Counted from the stretch's first letter, positions 12,186 through 25,764 are shown. The stretch: 64,000 nucleotides of DNA from Marsupella aquatica (GCA_973895155.1 OZ316893.1:7154963-7218962); one strand, 5' to 3'. Program-made: numbers and translations. The notes: generated by a model from the sequence alone, not told the origin.

Positions 12186-14204
12186 TCTAGCCACATACCA
12201 TATTTTGCCAGAATCGATGTGAACTTCCTATTCTATAAATAAACCTTTCAGGTCATACCATAATGTAGACCCATGCCTATTATATAGAGTTGCTCACCCT
12301 ACCCCTTATCCTTCCCGGTGTAAGAAAGAAACTAAGCAAAACTCGATGTGAACTTCCTTTAAAAGCATTTGTTGGTCAATGAGAGCCTTGCCTTCAGCAA
12401 ATTTGAGTAGACAGAGGGATATTTTGTACCTACTTTGACTGTCATTCATTTTTAGCTCATTGTCTTTTCTGGAATTTCAGTCCTGGATCCTTTGATTTCA
12501 TTTTTCATTGGGAATCCCACTTTGTTATTGTATTCTAGTAGTGCAGTATGTTAGTCCTTTTATTTCCTTGCAATCTATTTTTTGCACCGAACAATGGTAT
12601 GCTGCTTAACAAACTAACAAAGGCAGCTCCCTCTGCACTAATTGTAGTGTATTACGTGCCTACCAAGAGAAAGCCCAGACAAAAAGCATGCAGCTCCATC
12701 CCAAGGGGCAGCAACATTCTCATTAAGCATGTACCTCATAGGCACATGCAAGCCTACGTCTGAAAAGTTTCCATTCCTGCTATCCACATCGGTGGCCGGA
12801 GTGGAAGAAATATATTAGGTGATTTTTTTGGTTTCGAACAGTACTTCAAATCTCCTTTATGCCTTCTTCTAATATTTCTCCCTTAGCAAACTTTGTTGTA
12901 CGTAGTGAAGTTTGATTGTGTCATTTTAATCATTCACTGGAAATTAATGGGTACTTTCTCCTCTTTTCCTTCCCTTGATTGGGTTGTTTTGCCTTTGGGA
13001 TCATGTCTCCCTGTTCCGTGTTTTTTGCCCTTGGGCACCGTGATATATAGTTTTGTGGGCTCTGCAGGCTGCAGTCTTATGATAGGTGTCTCCTGCTCCC
13101 CACCCGGCTCCCCCATCCAACACGCTGTTGAAGGGAGGGTGGGATGGTCGGTGTTCCACAACAAACCCAGATGCGTGGGAGCTTTGCACTCATAGAGTTC
13201 CCTGTACATTGTTGTCCGGAACTGTGCCAGAAAACAACATGAGAACTCTGATTGGCTTTGGTGAAAGGGAATGAAAAGAATGACACTCCAGTCAATGAGT
13301 GCCAGGCTCTAGAGCTCGCCATCAAGGTCAAGTGCGCGTATGCTCATGGGAGCTCCCAGTTTTACTTCTAGGTACTGGACAGGAAGACCTTTTTTCCCAC
13401 TGTAGTACAAACAAGATTATGAGGCACATAGAATTTCAAATCTCCCAGGTATTTTAGTTGTTCAACAATTCTGACTGTTCTTATCACATTCCTTAGTTTG
13501 CCAGTTGTCTTTCAGCAGGAGATCTCCTGTATTTATTGCACAATTTGGTCTCACTCTGCATGGCGTTCGCATACTTTATCTCCTTTTTAATCTCTCTCTC
13601 TCTCTTTCTCTATATCGGATGACACTCCGGAGTGTGTAAGATAAAGATTAATGATAAATCCTCAGTGTGAATTTATCAGGAAATTTCAGGATGAAGCATG
13701 AATTATGTAGCTCTTTCAAAGAAGTAATATAGGGTGACGTCACAACTTACCCACATTACTAGAGCAGATTTCATTCAGCTTTGCAAAACCCACCAGAATT
13801 CTGCTATGATTTCTACCACAAATTGAGATAGACATCCGGCTTCATTGAGAGTGAGCTGCATGAATGCAAGTGTTGGCAAAGGGACCTATTGGAAGGGTAG
13901 GAGTCAGGGCTGGAATTTCTCCAGCAAGCTGTGGATTAAGTGCAGCAAGCTCAATACAATTGATGTTACAAAGCCTAATAAACGGTTGGGACAGGTAATT
14001 ACCAAGGTGAATACTCAAGCGCCCTATGAATAATGCTTCAGAAATTAACTGACAGTTCAGACGGGTGATTACTCCCCAATGCTAGAAATAGAATTAGTAG
14101 ACAATGGGGTGGATGGTCCTTCCCTAATAAAGACAAGATTCTTTGTGTGGTAGTTGCTGAACCATGGATTCTCACAAACAATAGGGCAAGCCATTGGGGA
14201 CTTG

Positions 14205-14480
14205 GGAGCCTCACTACAAGGGGGGTCCTATATCACATGCAAAATTTTAGGAAAATAAGTAAATAATTATATATTTTTTGGAAATTTTTACCCCAAAATT
14301 CTGAGAATATTCCCACATTTGATCTTAAAAAACCCTATGATTCTTACAATTCTTAAAAGTGGACTAGAATACCACTAATTCTGTTCTTCCTAAAAAATTT
14401 AAAAGTCTTTCATCGAACCCAATAAAAAACCCTATACTTATGCGTGTGATGGGTTGGAAGAAAATAAGTGGGGACCCAGG
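14205..14480 (+). mobile_element. MITE-like AT-rich element; family members at ~28100-28400 (+) and ~47280-47580 (-)
   Basis: Inverted inner ends ATCACATGCA ... TGCGTGTGAT followed by GGGTTGGAAGAAAA. The reverse-complement copy at 47281 starts TTTCTTCCAACCCATCACAC. All three share internal blocks (GAATATT, AAAATTT..AAAGT). Confidence 0.65.
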
Positions 14481-14816
14481 GATTGGGAAGTTTGCAATGG
14501 CTTGTAACCATGGTGCAACAAATGAATCAGTTTGAGCACTTTGAACAAGTGTTTTTTAGCTGCAGCCAGGTCACTAAAAGATGGAAGGAGGTACAAAGAC
14601 AGCTGCAACACTTGGATTTGAGAAGTTTGTCTTCAAACTACTCTTTCCAGAACATATTGGGAAAAATATATCTTCACCAAAAATTCAACATAATTATTAG
14701 TTGCAATGTTCTAATGTTAGAAGGCAGGGAAAAGTTACATAGATATTTGCTTGATGAGACCCAAAATGAAAAGTGTTATGTGATAGGACCCTGAGATTTT
14801 GGGTCAGTTGACTCAA

Positions 14817-15015
14817 GGTCTATCAAAGATCTGGATCAGTCATGAGCTCTATCAAATTTTGTTTATTTTGGGGTCCATTAAGCAAATACCTCAACTGTTC
14901 CACAATGAGAAATTCCAGGTCTATCAAGGATCACTCATGAGTTCTATCAAATAACAATTTGTATTTTTGGGGTCCCATCAAGCAAATACCTCAACAGGTC
15001 CGCAAAGAAAAGTTC
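14817..15015 (+). repeat. Tandem duplication of ~100 bp
   Basis: Two copies of GGTCTATCAA.GATC..CATGAG.TCTATCAAAT..TTTTGGGGTCC..AAGCAAATACCTCAAC. Confidence 0.85.
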
Positions 15016-15351
15016 AACATAATACCTTTAGAATAGCTTTTGTCCTGGCAGTGCAATGTAGGTAGATTTGCAGATCCATTGCAGATAAATTTAGGCAGTG
15101 GAAAGTACTGTACTTGGAATCAGATGCACGCCAATGACTTGCCTTCATGCATTTGGGATCCCTTGACAAGACTGTTTGCTACACTCATCAACGAGCTGAG
15201 AATGTTGCCCTGCTGGTAATTGCACATCAAAATGTGGTAACATAAGGGTGTGCACTCATTGATTTAAAGAAAATAACAAGGTTTATCACAATATGGAATC
15301 AATGAAGTCGTACATTGTATATGTCATATTTTGAAGTGCAGTTATCAGAGC

Positions 15352-16343
15352 TATATGCTTGATGAGACCCTGCCAAAGCAAATTTACGTGATAGGCTCTT
15401 ACAAAACTTTTGTTACAAACTAAGCCCCCTCTCACACTTTTGTGTCAAAAGTTCTTGTAACAGTTCCTATAATGAGATTTAGCTTGATATATATTATCAC
15501 CAATAAGAGCTACTGTAAAGTTTGGAGTCAAACCGTGCTGAATGACACACCACACCGGAGGGGGAACTGCAGAGTAGTGGCGGCTGTTGCGCAAATGGCA
15601 AGTTCCTAATTGAAGACATAATGGTCACGTCTTCAAGTTTGAGTTCTACCATACCATCCGTCTTTAGGTTGCTTCAGGCAACATATGGACAGTGAGGGTT
15701 TGTATGATATTTTGATATATGTTTTTGGTTCTTTTGTCTAAGTATGGAAGAATACTCTACTTTTGGCCGCTGGCCCATACTGAAATGTTCAAAAATTGTC
15801 CAAGTGTGGAACAAATACAACATGGATGTTGTCTTTGCACCTCTAGACCCCAAATTTGTCTAAGTATATAATAGAAGTCCGAACCAAAAATCTTTTACTT
15901 TTGGCTGTTTCCCTTTTTGTACTTTCAAAAATTGTCTAAGTGTGAAACAAAGACAACACGGAGTCAATCGTCACGTGACAAATCTGCTAGCAAGAACTAG
16001 ATTAAATATTGTACAAACCCATTATCATATATAGGTTTATCTCCTAAAACTCTATAATAATGTGAAGACATAGTCCATTTTGTCTTCGAGCATAGACGTA
16101 CATGCACTGAAGTGGCCACCATGGTCAACCATGCAATTAGCCACCACATATAAGAACCATGTGTACAAAACATACTAAAGGGGTCTAGTTTGTAACAACA
16201 TAATTTCTATATGGAGAACTACTTTGTAACAAAAATGTAGGACTTAATTTGTAACCACATTTCTATGGAGTCCGGCCTACTTTATAACAAAGTGCTTTTG
16301 ACAAGGATCAATTTGTTTTGACAAGGATCCCATCACACATATA
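15352..16343. mobile_element. Degenerate non-autonomous TIR element (~1 kb)
   Basis: Left TATATGCTTGATGAGACCCTGCCAAAGCAAATT vs right reverse complement TATATGTGTGATGGGATCCTTGTCAAAACAAATT. Subterminal TTGTTACAAACTA / TAGTTTGTAACAA motifs. Internal ~120-bp duplication at ~15733-15962. Confidence 0.5.
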
Positions 16344-18200
16344 CCATTATACCTGGCACCAGGACCCAACATTGATGAGCAGGGACCCTAAGAATGTTGG
16401 ACATTTATGGAGCGAATTAATTGAAGGAACAATGGAAAGGTTCTGCAGTCTGCACGACCACTAAAGGACTGGATTGTGCTTTATATTGAGTCAGGTTCTG
16501 TCGAGAACAAGTCCTGCCAATAGAATGGAGAGTTGAGTGATTGAGTCTCGATTTCCGCAGTGGAAGTGACAGTACCCGGAGATCAGATGTCCTTGATGAG
16601 TTGTGGATCCCTGGCCAGTGTATGCTCTCTTGCTTGGGTGTATGCTACGGGGATGCTACGGTATCTGCCGGAAGAAAGGGGCTTTTGAACCCCGTTTTGA
16701 ACGAGTTTCTCGACAACCATGTGCACAGATGAATTCTGTATGATGGCAGGTGGGCTTTTAGCACCATACATTGTACTGTACTTTGCGCGAAGCATGCGCA
16801 AATGAAGCGACGAATAGAGGAGGTTGCTTCGTAACAGTACAGCTCAATCTGAATCCACCGGAAGAAAGCTTGTTGATATGCTCTCATAAATGAACCGAGG
16901 AGGGAATTTATCAGAGGAATTGTCAGGTTTCTAGATTTGTGAGGAGATCAGGCGACACACACTGGCCTCGGGTTACAACCAAGTTACGCCCCAAGGAAAG
17001 TGTTTTGGTAATGATGGAAGTCAAGATCTTTAATGAATTGACAACTTTTTCACATGTAAAGAGCAAAACATCTTGAAAAAAGTATTGCTGGCATAGAAAG
17101 TAAGACAGTAAGCAAAGTATCCAGTTTTATGGGTTTCTTGAACCGTCATGAAAAGTTGTAGGAAAGTGGACCTCAGTATCAAGCTTATGTAGGTCTGTTC
17201 TTGGGCCTATAGAACTCCTTCAGTTTGCTAGTCGACTTAGAATTTGACGAGACAAGAAAGCCCTGGACAAATGTATACGGTCACCACATACGGTAAGATG
17301 AATTTTGATGTCTAAGCAGACAGGAATGAAATCCATCTCTTGGGACTTATTGAAAAGTAAAAGAGTTGAGAGACCCACTTACTATTTTGTTTTGTCCCGA
17401 GTCTGCGATCCCATGGCATAGCTAGTTTGGAACTCTGGCTGACAAAGCTGGAAGCTCGTGAGGTTTACCCAGTAAAACTAACTTGTCACAGGCTAGAGCT
17501 TCTTTAGAAGATGAGATGCCTATGACTCGCGATCTCTCAAAGTGGACTGATGTTATACGATTCAAAGAGCTTTTCAAGAGTTGACGACAGAGGTGTAACT
17601 AGAAAGTTTGAATTTTTGTTCTGCAGATATAGTTTCCTCGGATTAGCAAAGCCAGTGATATCTTAAAGCTTCCTAGTCCCGGTTCCAAGTTTCTTTCGAA
17701 TTTGGTTAATATTGCTGGACAGGCGACAATGATGAGTGATTTTGGCATTCAGGATTTATTGAACTTCTTGTTATCTTACAACAGTGCAGAACGGCTTGTC
17801 ATCAAGACGACATGACGAAGTTTCCTTCCAAAACTTATCAATTTTTGTTTTGAATTGGTTTGAATCAACTCCAACAAAACTTATGAACAAAATGAGGATA
17901 CTCGAGGAAACTACTCCAAAAGTCACCGAGGAGAAATGCGAAGGACCCAATGTGCGATGCGAGATGTTGGTTCACAATATCATGGAAAGTGCAGTACCAT
18001 TGGCTTGGATTGGGCTTCCACAAAGGACTGTCGCTTTATTTCTGTTTGTTACTGTTTTAGGAGGTGAACCTCGTTTTCCTGAGTATGAATCATCCCACAT
18101 TGTGATGATGCTGAAACTCAATCAGAAAACAGGGTATCTTGCTCATGACTTGGGTGAAGGTGGTGCGAATCTTGTGGTAGGCTCGTCGTTCTCTCTTAAT

Positions 18201-18420
18201 TGTGAAAATGAACAGGGCATTTGTTGTTCGAACTTCATAGAATACAGAAGTGAGAAGTGCAAACTTTGAAGGTCTTGGCAAAACTGAATGCATACTAAAC
18301 CAACTCAGTTAAGGTGAAAAATGAACAGGGCAAATCTTCTTTCAACTTCGCAGAATAAAACAAGTGAGAAGTGGAAACTTTAAAGGCGGCTACCAGTCTG
18401 TGTAGAAATGAATGCGTACA
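18201..18420 (+). repeat. Tandem duplication of ~112 bp
   Basis: Two copies of GTGAAAA(A)TGAACAGGGCA..AACTTC..AGAATA..AAGTGAGAAGTG.AAACTTT.AAGG..TGAATGC.TAC. Confidence 0.8.
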
Positions 18421-20081
18421 ATACGAAGTCTTGTAAAGAAGGCTAGAACAAATTTACTGCAGAATACTGTCTAAGCACCGTAGGAGCAATGTCTTTTGAG
18501 TTGTCGAAACCAGTTCATTCGAGAGAGAATTGAATTGGAGGTAGAATCTTCATCAAAGAACGGATATGACGGTCAGCAGCAGGTCAACCCACTTGAAGCC
18601 GCCGAGAATTTGCTGGATTAGAACTTCATTAGGTTGAACTTATTGACTTCCCAGAGACAACAAACTTGACGATCTGCCCTGAGCTGCTCCAAAAATGGTC
18701 ATTACTAGGGCTAAGTAGTATAAGAATAAGCGAGATACGAAGTGCACTTTAAGTGAAAGATTGTGACACATGAACTCATCCGTTGACCTACGAATGGAAT
18801 CGCATTGCCGCCAGTGGATGGTACAGCATTGCCGGTAATTGGGGCCCTCTCTCTGTTAAACTGGACCCCATTGCCTTCAAAATAGGAATTTAAGCCTTCC
18901 ATATCCCATTTAAAAGGATGGAGTCGTCCACGCATCGAATGGGGTGGGTGTTTCTCCTGCGTGGTCAGAAAATGTTCTGCCGTGCCTGTGCTAGCCTATT
19001 GAAGGTTATCGCCTTAACCCACTGCTATCAGTTTCTGTCAGCACTTACGTCAACCGTCCTACCTATCGCAAAGCGAGTACAGAGTCATAGTGTTTCCGTT
19101 GGTCTTTGTGGGTTTCAAAGGAATCGTACCTGTCTGTCCTGATCGTCGGCAGCTTTTTCAACCATGCGATGGAAGGATTTCACAAAGCAGATGCAAATCA
19201 CATGGGTGGTGTATGTCCCAATAAACTTGAATGTAGCTGATGTTCCAGCTATATGCACGGTTATGGTGAACAGATACAAACATGCCTACCCACGTCTCCA
19301 ATAAATTCGCAGCAACCTATCCTGACAATTGAATTTGTAAGTGCAATTGGACTTCATTAACAAATATAAAACCTAGACTATCAAAGCAAATGAATGGAAG
19401 CAGAATTCGCACACCGATTTCGGCCCTACATTTGCCTCGACGTAAATCACAGCCTTCAACCAAATACTATTGTTGCCCCTTTGATCCTAACGTGCAGATC
19501 AAGATGTCCATTGATAACGTGGTGGAACATCACAAAGGAACGAACACTTTATTACAACCTGGAACTCCTAAAAGAATTCTTCGATAGATCCTTTAGTTAT
19601 ATAACCCTCAAGACTAAGACCAGCCAGCTCTAAAATTAAGGACAGCAGATTTCTTTCTTGGCTGCAGTAATATTTCGTGCTTTCGGCAGAATTGATGCAC
19701 TGAAATGATTGCACTTAGAATTCTACTCACATTCTCTTAGCTTTGATCGCCATAACACCTGCACCCTTAATTTGACGGTCTGAAGCTATGGCCAAGACAT
19801 GAGCTCAAAATTTGCTTAAATAGCTTCATTGATGAATGGGTTTGAGTCAGTTCTCCACAGTCCACGAGGGGGTACGTGAAACCTAAAGGATTTTAGCGGC
19901 ATCAATATCATCTGGCTGAATTCCGTGGAATTATGCTGTTCAAACAAATTGTAAAGAAGGATCAGAGGAATCACAATCAAGCCGCAAAATCATGCTGCAT
20001 ATGCAATTTCTTAGAAGAGATCGTGGCGGAGGCAGCCACAGCTTAAACGTAAAGACTTTCATGACTTTTCTCTTTGTATAT

Positions 20082-20507
20082 TTGAGTGCATTAATTCTCC
20101 ATAATGCACCCCTTCTTTTGAGGAGGGGATTTATACATAACACCATAAGTATAGTAAAAGTAAAAATTAAATATAGTTTTACCATACACAAAAAATTAAA
20201 TTAAATTTAGTCAAATCTCAAGATGATAACCAAGTCTTATATGGTGATACTAACAAAATATCTATGAATAGAATCTAATATAACTAAAGAATTTATATTT
20301 TTGACCAATTCCATAGCAACCACTTTTTGTATGACCTTTGAATTTGAATTTTTCAGGGATTTACTTTTTCTTGTTTGTTACCTAAAAGTCACTCAAGTTT
20401 TTATGTACATTAATGTCCTAGTTACGGGCATTATGAAAATAATGCTCTCAAAACTCGGGCTACTGCCCTCCTTTTTCAGGGCATTATATCCCACAATGCA
20501 CTCTAAC
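20082..20507. mobile_element. Degenerate MITE-like element
   Basis: Left TTGAGTGCATT..ATAATGCACCC vs right reverse complement TTAGAGTGCATT..ATAATGCCCT, with an AT-rich interior. The right end resembles ~3700-3765 (CTCTCAAAACT..GGGCATTAT..CAATGC.CTCTAA). Confidence 0.45.
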
Positions 20508-21352
20508 CAGGACATTATCCTATTCAAAGACTAAAAAGAGATCAATCACATTTTTTTGAATGACCCTAAATTGGTTGCTGACTAGCCGAAAAATATTAGC
20601 TCAGATTAGCCATCTGAGCTAATCTAGCCATCAACAGATTATTTTTCTGCTACTTTGATCTGTACCCAAACCTTTCTTACTCCAACTCTTGTCTCGACCT
20701 CTACCTCTCGATCCAAAGTCACCTCTTGGGTCTGGCCACGACAGAATGGACCCGGCCAAGAGCTGGAAGGAAAAACCGAGCCATGCTTTCAAATATGAAC
20801 GACCACTGATAGGACGGTAACGAGCGACCAGAAAAACAGAGCCGCCTCGTGATCTCCAACTCATCACCATCGAACCAGCCACAAGTGGCCTCATTACGCA
20901 TAGGCCCAACACATCTGCCAAATGCAGAAGGGAAAGAAAAAGCAAAGTTAAGTACAAAACAAATTGACGTAGGCACCATTGCACCATTTTTATGTGTTGG
21001 TGAAATTTCGACATATCCTGCCTTAGGATTATGTAGTGCGACATGAACAAAGAAGAAAAGTTCCACCAAAGTACCAGTTTATATACCACGAAAAACACAC
21101 AAGTACAATGAAAGGTAAGAAAAAGTGGTCCAAAGAAAAATAACAAACGGAAGTTTTGAAACAAAATTTGAAGAATTCGCCACAGAGTTGTGATACTGAG
21201 GAGCAGTCCTAAAAGTTGACTGTATGCGTGGCCAGCCCCTCCGAAGACACTCTGGTCTTCCCACACAAATGTGCTTGATCACAACCTAGTGCAGATGTGA
21301 GCCAGACACGAATTTTAGCCAGTTCACTAGCGAGAAGTCCCCAAACCAAGTG

Positions 21353-21625
21353 GCTTTGGTCACTTGGCCAGGGGGATTAGCCTAGAATCCAGAGGTCCTG
21401 GGTTCATTCCCCCCTCCACATGCAAAGGTTGTGGAGGGTGATTATGTGGGTGTGCGTGTGTGTGTGTGGGAGTCTTGGTTTCTACCTCCTGGTCTTGGTC
21501 CCTATTGGATCCCTGGGTATGGTCCCTTTGTGGCTACCTGTAGAAGTGCATGCTTTGGAGTTGTCTGTCTATCCTCTCTTAGATGGGTCAGCTTTTGGTT
21601 TCAAGGCAAAAAGAAAACAAAAAAA
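21353..21625 (+). mobile_element. tRNA-derived SINE, copy 1
   Basis: tRNA-like head with degenerate A box (TGGTCACTTGG) and B box (GGTTCATTCC), a CCCTCCACA/TGTGGAGGG hairpin, and a 3' TTTCAAGGC plus A-rich tail. Collinear with 59420-59900. Confidence 0.75.
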
Positions 21626-22449
21626 GGAGGTACTAGTCAGGTTTAAGCTAGCTGGGGACTAAGTTTGCTAGCCAAGTGGGGTTGTTCCCTTCTAATAGGG
21701 GCATGCTCCAATTGCCAATCACAACCGTCTCCTCACATAACTGTGTACCAGGTAGCCAGCTTCTTCGTAGTAATTGTCTTTGGACACATGGAGGGGTACA
21801 ATTCCCTGCACAGTGTTACTTTTGCTAAGTTAGAGTGATTCATGATTTGGTTAGCTCTTTCCTACATGACCTGATTTTCCCTCATTTGTTCTTCTTATAC
21901 TCTGGATTGAACGTGCCAATCACTGATAGATGCCCTAGACTTATCACCACCCAGTCCTTACGGATAGATCCAACTGCTTGCCAAAAACATACCTTGGGTG
22001 GGCAAGAAATCACTACCCCTTCTCCTGAGGCATGGATCCATGAGGTCACCACCTCTTCTTAGGCAAGCCAAACAGCAGTTGCCACCGTGCTACTTGCCCC
22101 AGATCATTAAAAAAAGAAGTTGGACCATGGCCATTTCCAGCAAACTTTAATTTTCGGTACCCCACTCCAGAATGCCAATTCTTTCATTAAGGCTCAGTTG
22201 GGCCAACTCACTATTCATGCTGCCCCACTTTGCACTTCCAGCTACCTGGGCTTACTCTCACATCTCACTTATGTTTGCCTCTCACTTTGTTGGTTGAAAC
22301 TTTCTTCTAGCCTGGTACAGTCTCTTTAGGATGTTGACTGACACATTATTTTTGGCACAAAAACACTCAAGTGCTCCCAAAGTAGTGTGAAGCTTAGGAC
22401 GTTAACTGGCTGATAGGTTAGCTTTTGGTGGAAATACACTCAAGTGCCC

Positions 22450-22680
22450 CCATAATAGTGTAAAGCACCCTAAGCAAACATATAACTCGTGTCGTTTATT
22501 GGACTGTACAAAATTCAGAAGCTACAAGCGGTGGAGAAGTGAGAACGTTGCCTCTCTCATGTAACAAAGTAGTGTAAAGGCACCCTAAGTAAATAAATAA
22601 TTGGTGTAGTTTATTGTACTGTTGAAAACTCAAAAGCTAAAAGCGGTGGAGACATGAGAACGGTGGCTCTCCCTTGTACA
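22450..22680 (+). repeat. Tandem duplication of ~115 bp plus an upstream partial copy
   Basis: Two copies of TAGTGTAAAG(G)CACCCTAAG..TTTATTG.ACTGT..AAGCTA.AAGCGGTGGAGA..TGAGAACG. Confidence 0.85.
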
Positions 22681-23873
22681 TCCGAATGCGAACCTACAGT
22701 ACCAGCCTTCAACTCACGTGTCTCCTGCCCTTTCACAAAGTATCTTTCAGTAGTCAGTGTTGCATCGTAGATTGCACTGACTTCTTCGTTAACTTCTTTT
22801 CCTCGAAGCCTCGAGACAGGAATTGGTCCGATGCAATTTTGTCTGTCTTGAATAATTAAGTGTGATCTACACTCTTTCAGTCTTTCCGGGTCAGAATCGC
22901 AGACTGCTACGCCACTGTCGAGAAGTATTGATTAACTGCTGACTGTACTTGTCAAGTCAGGACAAGCGACCAGGTCGCAACGACCTGGGCCCCTCTCTGG
23001 AAAAGGCTGACACCCGAAATCAATTGAAAAATGTGTGAAGGCAGGTGGGAATCGATGCTTTTAGAGAGAGATTGGGAGAGCCAGGACGGCAGCAGATCAA
23101 TGGCAGAATTTGAAACACAAGCAGATCACATCGTTATCATCGTCAAGCTCCCTTCCCCATAACAGTAAAGATAAGAAACGCATTGCACATGACCTTGCTC
23201 TCCACCTTCTTCGATACAGATTAAGCTGTAATCTTATCATTCTAGCTCCCGATATGCTCAGCCGAGTGACAAACGTTTGACATTACCCAGGCAAAGACTT
23301 GGTCAAACGTTGATACTAGTCAATTTGCCTTGGTCACGAATTCGTTCACATGGACAGCACTCAAAATAGAACTGATGGAGCGGGATTGAGAACATTGAGC
23401 TATGACATCCAGGAGCCGTTCGATCATCACCCAACATGTTTACCTTCCTAGATTCTGTCCATGTTTCCGTGTCTGCGAGTCAGCTCATTTAGCAATGCAG
23501 AATGTTTCTGGTCAGAAGATTTAATGCCCTGACTGAAGCTAAATCTAGAAAGCAATGTGCTGTGAATCTAAAAACCTCAGTCGGGTTCGATCACTCAGAG
23601 TTGTATCCCACTTATATAAACGCCCTTACCTTGAATTTGAAAGAAGCTTCCTAGACTAAATCTACAGCAATCACTCTGCGTTAGTATCACCCACAATAAG
23701 GGAACCATGAATTAACCTTTCCTGAGATCTAAAGAATTCCGAGGTCATCCCAAAATTTCACAAAGAGTCGAGTCCTTAATCCTACCTTGAAGCTGTACCA
23801 TCATCGAGCATTTAAAGGACGACAATTTTGTGGTTCTGGTGATCGAAGACTGCGGACCAGAATTGGGATCAGC

Positions 23874-25764
23874 TTACTTCAAGCAAATAGAATTCAATAG
23901 CATGTGGGCGAACATGTGGTCCACAAAGTATTGGTGACCCGGTACTCCTAGGTTTGGTTTCAGGCCGTAGTGGGTTCCATCACTGTAGTTGTTGTTGTAA
24001 TGCCAAGGGAAGGTTAGATCAAAGCCATCCAGAATTCTGAAGTTGGGTAGACCTAGGTTCCGAAGACTGTCAACAAATAACCGGTTGTAGTGCTCCATTT
24101 TCTGAGGATTATATTGCTGACTGCGAGCATGCCCTGCAGTTGCAACGCTTGTTCGATAAACGATCTGTGGAATGTGTGGTTTTATGGCCTCCAATATATC
24201 CGTCCAGAACTGGACTGCTGTCGAGACACCCTGCTTTAGGAATTCCTCTGGGTTTCTGTAGAAAAATGCATCGTGCAGTCCAGAGTTCATGACTAGGACG
24301 TCTGGGGGTGAATAAGTCGGATCGTCAGCTTTCACGAAAAACGAGCGCAGGTATTCTCGGAAATAAGCAACGTTGAGAGATTCTAAACCTTGAAATTGTC
24401 CACTCTCCTCCGCGTGGCCGTTGTAGACCATGGTTAGCCGGAAAGATTGCCTCGAGCCCTCAGATTTGTTGCCATGTATCGCGGGCCGGATCCACTCTCG
24501 ATCCAATCTCCGAGTAACGTCTGTGACGCTAATGTCGTCATAGTCCATAACAAAGGCGAGAAGATTTTGCCAGGTGTGTTCGCTAGTGGAATCACCCCAA
24601 GAGAACAGCCACTTATTCTCTAAACAACTCCAAGCTTCATCAGGGGTGAAGAGCTTGAACCTGCAATGCGCTGAATACACCCACCCGTTGCTATCTACTC
24701 TGTTGAGGGGACCTTCGCACCACGGAAGCTCGCACGGGGTATCGGGCGGCAGACATTGGTAACGCCCCCCAGTGTCCATAACGCATGACTCATTCTTGTA
24801 GCTCCTTGTCCATCGTCCGCTCCACCTAGCCAGATTGTAATCCCCATCCTTGCACAGACTTGGTCGAGGAAGCGATCCTTCGTGGGGGAAATGCTGGGGA
24901 AGTTCAAAAAGAAGTTGAAGTGCAGCTACCTCTTCTTCACGGAAATAAATGCTCGGGCCCAACTCCAGTCCAAGAAACCGCGAATACAGAAGGATAACTT
25001 TGAACTCGTACAAACCAGTGAAGCCCTCATCTACCTGTAGAAGGACTTCGTATGTTCCGTTCTGCAAATCTCTTACAGGAGGGCGTGATTTCCACCTTTC
25101 CCCGTTCAAGTCTGTCTCATAGTAGTCACCTCCTTCACAGAGCTGCTCTTCCTTCTCGTCCAGAGAAACGATGTATATTGTGTGTATAACTCCACTTTGC
25201 AAGCGTACAGGGCTGCCAGGCGTCGTGCTCGGAAACCCCAGTATACGGATTGTTCTGGTTTCTACTGTATTGCACATTGAGGCTTCATGATTTCTCAACT
25301 GGGAGAGCAGTTCGTCGGTTTCGTTACTCGTAGTTGAGAATTTTACCCATGAGGGCCCAGCAGGTGCATCTGGAGAAGCTGCTACGGTTCTGTCCAATTT
25401 TGCTACAACATTTACGGCACACAGCTTTTGCTCTCAGGCCAACTAGGACCACACAATCGTTCACTCTGCGAATCGAAATTAGCTTTAAACAATTGCTTTT
25501 GTTTTCACATCTGAGAATGAAACCAGTGGAAAGTATACAGACAGATGCACCATTGTAGAAATGTCACAAGAGTTTTAAGAGAATTGTCAGTGGACAGAAC
25601 AGCCAAATGTTGAGAGTCATACCCATCTTGTGAATCCAAACGCCTACGAGCACCAGTGTGGCCAAAATTAGGAACATTGAGTGTTTTCTTCCTCTGCGAA
25701 CTGACTTCATCTGCGACGTGAAACCCTTGTGCAACTGGCCCGGCTTGAGTGAGTCCATCGCCAT
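23874..25764 (-). CDS. Type II membrane protein with an Ig/filamin-like segment and an SGNH/PC-esterase-like domain (putative O-acyltransferase/esterase); 2 exons, ~556 aa
   Basis: Proposed exons 25764-25623 (MAMDS..RRGRKHSMFLILATLVLVGVWIHKM, basic stretch plus TM; donor G|GTATGA) and 25402-23874 (acceptor TGTTGTAG|CA) join in frame. Motifs: GGDYYETDL, VRDLQNGTYEV, CRFKLFTPDEAWSCL, WGDS (Ser nucleophile), NSGLHD, DGTHY (DxxH). The acceptor choice is inferred. Confidence 0.85.

Noticed and set aside
20631-21266. 211-aa hydrophobic ORF
   Set aside because: Non-ATG start, T-rich bias, no recognisable motif, and it lies among TE remnants.
25403-25510. Alternative acceptors (TTCTCAG at 25511, TTCGCAG at 25466) for the SGNH gene intron
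   Set aside because: Both give in-frame stops with the phase-1 donor. The TGTAG acceptor at 25403 keeps the frame.
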